This document shows, piece by piece, positions 58,138 to 62,638 of a stretch of 62,638 nt of DNA (the first letter of the stretch is position 1; every line of letters begins with the position of its first letter). The notes beneath the pieces are model-generated. The model worked only from the letters and a program-made list of their open reading frames with translations, made no database searches and was not told the origin of the DNA. The translations under genes were made by a program, and so were the position numbers. The stretch comes from a candidate division WOR-3 bacterium (GTDB lineage: Bacteria > Hydrothermota > Tepidihabitantia > Tepidihabitantales > Tepidihabitantaceae), in NCBI GenBank assembly GCA_965649205.1, contig CBFGJV010000010.1, positions 23,764 through 86,401 on the forward strand, in the 5' to 3' direction.

Positions 58138-59419
58138 TCTCTACTTGCTCCTGCTCTTTCTGACTCAGCCTCTGACCCGTAACCCGCAGGAGTCTGTCTG
58201 CCTCCCTGTCATCAATAACCATATCCGGTTGAGACCGTAGCCGGTGAAAAGCCTCGATAGCAGCTACCACAAAAAGCCGGCGGTAACTGATGTCAAAGAC
58301 AAAAGCCTGGACTGCGCGCTGGGCCAAAGTACGCACTACCCGTTCCCTGGGTTCTTTGGGCAGGACACACGCGTAGGCTGTCTCGAAAATCTCCGCTAAC
58401 TTCGTACCCAGCTGCATAAGAAAATCGACTGGCTCCACTCCCAAATTCTCCAGATTAATCCTCACCCCGACAGGATTGGATTGGGAAAAAGAACTGCGCA
58501 ATCTCTGCTTCAGCGCCTCATATACGCCGCCCGAACCTTCAAGAAGCAAATTCTCATCAGGTATTGCATAGAAAAACATCGCTCCAGGCAACCGGGCGTT
58601 ACCGCATTCGTCGATTATCTGACGTAAATTGTCCAAGGCTCTGCGTTTATCGCGAGAAGAAGATATAGACATTCCCCGTTCTGCTTCGTCGAAAAGAAAG
58701 ATCAATCCGGTGTACCCTATCTCATGTATCCACTGAATAAGAGAACGCAACATTCTGAAAGCCGTGGCTTTATCAATCCGTTCAGAAATGCGATACTGAG
58801 CTCTAAGTTCTTTGGCCACATCTTCACCCTTCAGCCATTGGATAAGATGATTGAACCCCTCGTTTTCGCCAGCCAGTAACGCCAGGAAAGCCCCCTTCAC
58901 CGCGTTACTGTAACTGGTACTTTCTGTCGCTGGCAATTCCTCCACCCGGCGGCTCAGCACTTCCCTTCTATCCGCCTCGCCCCGCCAAACCTCTACCCAC
59001 CTGCGTATCACCGACTCTATTCCCTTGTCCCAAACCGGCAAAGGACGGTCTAAAGGATGGGGAGCCGAAATATTAGCTGCTACAGCGCGATAGACCAGCT
59101 CCAGCTTGTCAAAGGGACACTCGGTGGGATTCAAACCCACGTAAGCCACACAGTAGTTATGTCGGAAAGCTAGATTCCTTATGCTATATAGAAAGTGGGT
59201 CTTGCCCCCTCCGTAGTTCCCAGTTATAAGCTTGAAACTGGAAAGGTTGTATGGCAATATACCCTTCAGATATTCCTCTTCTATCACCTGCAAATATCTC
59301 CCTAAACCAATCGTGAAAGCTTCGATACCAAACTCGGGCGGCGTTCCGGTCGCACCCAGCTTGTTAATAATCGCCTTAGCTAGTTGTGAATCCACTTGTG
59401 TTTCCTCTCGCGCGCCCAA
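58124..59419 (-). CDS. DUF2791/BrxD-like P-loop ATPase (start may be GTG 59395)
   Basis: GTPP, FKLITGNYGGGKTHF, QWLKGE, GYTGLIFLFDEAE, LRQIID and YEALKQRL; SD GAGG before GTG 59395. Confidence 0.85.
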   Translation of the reverse strand: MGAREETQVDSQLAKAIINKLGATGTPPEFGIEAFTIGLGRYLQVIEEEYLKGILPYNLSSFKLITGNYGGGKTHFLYSIRNLAFRHNYCVAYVGLNPTECPFDKLELVYRAVAANISAPHPLDRPLPVWDKGIESVIRRWVEVWRGEADRREVLSRRVEELPATESTSYSNAVKGAFLALLAGENEGFNHLIQWLKGEDVAKELRAQYRISERIDKATAFRMLRSLIQWIHEIGYTGLIFLFDEAERGMSISSSRDKRRALDNLRQIIDECGNARLPGAMFFYAIPDENLLLEGSGGVYEALKQRLRSSFSQSNPVGVRINLENLGVEPVDFLMQLGTKLAEIFETAYACVLPKEPRERVVRTLAQRAVQAFVFDISYRRLFVVAAIEAFHRLRSQPDMVIDDREADRLLRVTGQRLSQKEQEQVESEEF

Positions 59420-59457
59420 GACGTCGGGTTAAGACGGCCAAACAGTTTCTATCAAAT

Positions 59458-60303
59458 CTACTCATTGACAAACGACACATGAGAATAGTAGGTACCCTCG
59501 CCCTCCTCATTGTCCGGTACCCACAATGCCTTAGTCTTGTCCGTAGTGGCATCGAACGTAGCCACGTGCAGCTTGAATTTAGCCTCTATCTTGGACAACT
59601 CCCCAGAAGTCTTCAACCTGTAAAGGTCGTAGCTAAATCTAAAGCGAGGATATTCTCGAAAGTTTTCCTGTGCCGGGTTAGCCCGAAAAGCTTTGGGCTG
59701 CATGGCCAGAACCAATTCTCCCAAAACGTCCAGCAGCGCCACCCGTCCCCCAACTGTCACTCCCTGAACCAGACAAACTTTGTGATAAGCATTAATAATA
59801 CCCTTTAGCAATCTCTCAGGTTCTTCGGAGTTCTCCTTCAAACTATTTGTCCACTGTACGAGAACTTTCACCAGTTCTTCTGGCACAAGCCTAGAAAGGA
59901 CTTTCAGTCGTTCTACCTCCGGACCCCAGAACAACTGTCCCCTACCCTGAGCAAAGTCTAAACGCAAAGAGAACATGCCCACACGTAATACCGGTAGCTG
60001 TCCCCGTAACCTCAAGTTTGACTGCTCCAAGCCGGTGGCCAGTCTCTGACCGAACCCGAATCTGAACTCTTCCTTATCTTTTTCCACTCTCATCCGTTCT
60101 TCCTCGAGCCATTTTGTCAAAATACTTCTTACCTCGGCTTCGGGAAATTCCGTAATCAGATTTGCCAGCACCACCAGCTCTTTCTCTCTGTAGTATGCAT
60201 TGTTGACCGGTTCTGCCAGAAGTTTACGGTAACCAGCAAGTCGCTGTAGCAGTTTCTGGCTGTTAGTAGCAAGCCTTGTCAGCAGTAGGAACAGTTCTTC
60301 CAT
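59458..60303 (-). CDS. Hypothetical protein, first gene of the ATPase-ATPase-helicase operon
   Basis: 281-aa ORF directly after a near-consensus promoter. Helical N-half; C-half YPRFRFSYDLYRL...LHVAT...LWVP. No family recognised. Confidence 0.8.
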   Translation of the reverse strand: MEELFLLLTRLATNSQKLLQRLAGYRKLLAEPVNNAYYREKELVVLANLITEFPEAEVRSILTKWLEEERMRVEKDKEEFRFGFGQRLATGLEQSNLRLRGQLPVLRVGMFSLRLDFAQGRGQLFWGPEVERLKVLSRLVPEELVKVLVQWTNSLKENSEEPERLLKGIINAYHKVCLVQGVTVGGRVALLDVLGELVLAMQPKAFRANPAQENFREYPRFRFSYDLYRLKTSGELSKIEAKFKLHVATFDATTDKTKALWVPDNEEGEGTYYSHVSFVNE

Positions 60304-60314
60304 CGGAATTTTCT

Positions 60315-60342
60315 AGTATAAACCACCCCTTTTCTCTGTCAA
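60315..60342 (-). promoter_or_regulatory. Near-consensus sigma70-type promoter for the four-gene operon
   Basis: TTGACA-N16-TATACT, 11 nt before ATG 60303. Confidence 0.7.
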
Positions 60343-60440
60343 ACACCAGAATGTCTTTGGACAATTCCAAGATCAGTCGCTAGCCGCTCCTGCAACCTGG
60401 TCACCCGCTCCAAACCGCCTTTGCGCGCCCCCGTTCTTGC

Positions 60441-62141
60441 CTACTTTACAACCACCAATGGACGTATCTTTGCCAGTTTCTTAGGGCCAATTCCAGAAAC
60501 GTTCAAAAGCTCCTCTACTGTGCTAAACCGACCCCGCCGCGTACGATATTCGACTATCCGCTTCGCAGTCATCGGCCCTATGCCCGGCAGTCGTTCTAGC
60601 AGCGTCGCCGCGGCGGTATTTATATTGATAGGAAAGGGAGACGAATCAGTAAGGCTAGTTGTAATCAGTCCCGGGCCCGCTAAGTACAATTTGGGACGAG
60701 GTCCAATTCTCAGCGTATCCTGTGCACACGCCCAATCAATCCACAATTCAGTAAGATTCCTTTCCGAAAGTCTTCCCATGTTGGCAATTCCTCCCGCCTC
60801 CAGCAGCTGTTCCGTTGTGGTCACCCGATACTGCGACTTTCGCTCCCGCAACCTGATTCTGGCAACCCCACCAACGGTTGGCCAGGCAGTAGTATCGCCG
60901 AAAACGAACAAGTCGGCACCAGCTAGAGCGGGGAAAAGTTGCTCCGTATCGGTATGTTGAAACAAACTCGCCAGGGCAGTCTCGCTCATCACAACCGTCC
61001 GCACAGGCTCACAAAAAGGGACAACATCAAAAAGCATTCTCTTGGTCTGTAAGCCTTCACTCAACCCCAGACCTAAGGATGCCCACGGTACAAATGCAAT
61101 GTCGGCACGGGTTTCCACCCTTACCGCCTCGGCTACAAGCGAGCCCAAGGTTCTATCCTCGCCTTCTGCTAACGGTTCCGATTTCACAAAAGGGCCCGGC
61201 GCATCCATACCTCCCTGTCTCAGTTCCTGAACTAACAGGGCGACAATGGAATCTGAATTAACCGGCACGACGTTCATTGTACGTGACTGCACTCCATATT
61301 TACGACGGTCGGCTCGACTAAACATGATATCCACCACGGTTATTCTCTGACCGTATTGGCCAGCAAACACTAGCCGATTCCCATCAAGAACTGCGCCTTC
61401 TGCATAAGGAGATATTACCAAGTCCAATCTGGGGAATGTATCAAGAAGCATTGTAGCCGCCTTGGTATCCAAATGACCAAACACTACAACTACATCAGGC
61501 TTTTCTGGCTCGATCGCCGCCAGATAGCGCCGAAGTTGAAGAATAGGGTCCTCTGGAGCAAATCCTCGCGTATCTATTCTGCGATTCAACTTAGGAATAT
61601 CTGGATCAGAAACCACGATCAGTGCTACCTTGACTCCCTTGACTTCCTTGATGAGAAATGGACGAAACAGCGGCACTTTCCTATGCAGCACCACATCCAA
61701 CATTGGGTCCGCCAACACAGGAAAATGAGCAAGACTTGCCAATACCTCCACGTTTTCCGCCCCGCCGCTGAAATCCCGTGCTCCGAGGGCGACCGCATCA
61801 TAGCCCACTAGATTCATAAACCGAATCGCCGCCCGCCCCTGGGTTGCCTGGGCCTCTGGCGAACCAAAGGCAAACCCGCCGCAATCCAATACCAATGTTG
61901 CATCCGTTTTAAGTTCGTTTATTAAGTAAGCTAGGTGAGCCCACCCACCTAACTGCCTGCGTGGCAGACCGGGCGCATCGAAATCCGAGGAAGGCAAAAG
62001 ACGACAGCATAGGTCAGCTGTGGCCAAGATTCGCAACTGCTGAAAATCAGCCTGCCCCAAAGAAAAACCCAGCAAAAGCAAGCCAACAGAAACGGTGCAA
62101 ACAGAAAGATGCCGGCCGGCGCAGGGAGGGGAAACACCCAC
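60441..62141 (-). CDS. 5'-nucleotidase-like protein (degenerate active site) fused to a ComEA helix-hairpin-helix domain
   Basis: Metallophosphoesterase scaffold (GGWAHLA, MNLVGYDAVALG, FPVLA, PFLIKEVKGVKVA) and C-terminal ININTA...LPGIGP...VSGIGPK. Start reassigned to GTG 62141. Confidence 0.8.
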   Translation of the reverse strand: MGVSPPCAGRHLSVCTVSVGLLLLGFSLGQADFQQLRILATADLCCRLLPSSDFDAPGLPRRQLGGWAHLAYLINELKTDATLVLDCGGFAFGSPEAQATQGRAAIRFMNLVGYDAVALGARDFSGGAENVEVLASLAHFPVLADPMLDVVLHRKVPLFRPFLIKEVKGVKVALIVVSDPDIPKLNRRIDTRGFAPEDPILQLRRYLAAIEPEKPDVVVVFGHLDTKAATMLLDTFPRLDLVISPYAEGAVLDGNRLVFAGQYGQRITVVDIMFSRADRRKYGVQSRTMNVVPVNSDSIVALLVQELRQGGMDAPGPFVKSEPLAEGEDRTLGSLVAEAVRVETRADIAFVPWASLGLGLSEGLQTKRMLFDVVPFCEPVRTVVMSETALASLFQHTDTEQLFPALAGADLFVFGDTTAWPTVGGVARIRLRERKSQYRVTTTEQLLEAGGIANMGRLSERNLTELWIDWACAQDTLRIGPRPKLYLAGPGLITTSLTDSSPFPININTAAATLLERLPGIGPMTAKRIVEYRTRRGRFSTVEELLNVSGIGPKKLAKIRPLVVVK

Positions 62142-62147
62142 GCGAAC

Positions 62148-62175
62148 AATATAGCTCTCAAAATACAATTATCAA
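62148..62175 (-). promoter_or_regulatory. Sigma70-type promoter, probable leaderless transcript
   Basis: TTGATA-N16-TATATT, 6 nt before GTG 62141. Confidence 0.55.
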
Positions 62176-62638
62176 GCTATTCGCTGCAGGAGAATAAAGT
62201 GCTTGTCTTGCCGCGTTCAAGATACGCACAGACGTCTTGTCGCAGATGTAATTGTCAAACGCTGATGCGCCCATGCCCACATCGATACCCAAACAAAAAT
62301 ACCTCTCCGTCTTTCGTCATAACCAGACCTGCCCCCAATATGCATCGAATGTAGTCATGCAATCTCCTGGGGCGGCGCAGCACCAAGGTACTTGCCCTTG
62401 TACGTCGCACCAAGTCGGCCTAGGACCCGCCGCAAGTCAGCAAGCAGACACAACAGGTCAGTTCCGCCCAGCAGCGCAGACCCGGTTTGCCTTCTTCCGG
62501 TCCTGTAGTTTGAGGCATTGACGGAGGGGGATGTTTTTCATTTTTCGCCTCTATAGTTTTATATGCCGCGGGGAGGAAATTTCGTAAATGTGTGTGCGGT
62601 AGAGAGGCGGTACGGCTGTAAGGGCGGCGGATCAGTGT

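Noticed and set aside
54667..60303. Calling the operon a BREX/Pgl system
   Set aside because: No pglZ, pglX, brxC/pglY or pglW in the window; only BrxD-like and BrxHI-like components are present.
60337..60364. Imperfect inverted repeat TGTCAAACA...TGTCTTTGGACA over the operon -35 box
   Set aside because: Too degenerate to call an operator from one instance; it could be chance.
62176..62638. Short ORFs, including a minus-strand frame from ATG 62541 interrupted by TGA codons (possible selenoprotein or readthrough)
   Set aside because: No recognisable protein motif or SECIS-like hairpin; TGA is used as a normal stop throughout the window.

Overview
A gene-dense 62.6 kb bacterial chromosomal segment with about 44 CDSs. 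I saw no rRNA, tRNA, CRISPR array, transposase or integrase. The content points to a diderm FCB-superphylum organism, most like candidate division WOR-3 (inference): BamA, a gingipain-like C25 peptidase, and five secreted proteins ending in a T9SS/FlgD-Ig-type C-terminal sorting domain. Housekeeping genes include the radC 3' end, folE2, clpC-bamA, mtnA, ndk, acyP, a Ktr/Trk potassium uptake pair, purE-purC-queA-murF and an acyl-CoA ligase. The best candidate for an undescribed system is a four-gene minus-strand operon at 54667-60303 with its own near-consensus promoter. It encodes an unknown 281-aa protein, two paralogous DUF2791/BrxD-like P-loop ATPases (one with an N-terminal PcrA/UvrD-type Tudor-like motif) and an Lhr/BrxHI-like helicase. 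It has no BREX core genes, methylase or nuclease. Directly upstream is a catalytically degenerate 5'-nucleotidase fused to a ComEA DNA-binding domain. Other oddities are a large probable beta-barrel with SprA-like motifs beside a cluster of sorted cargo proteins, a carboxyltransferase fused to a complete AccB-type biotin carrier, a KtrB with a voltage-sensor-like N-terminus, a kinase-less HAMP-PAS sensor, and a recurring TTGACN-N16-TANNNT promoter that often gives leaderless or very short-leader mRNAs. All family calls come from motif recognition by eye; no database searches were run.
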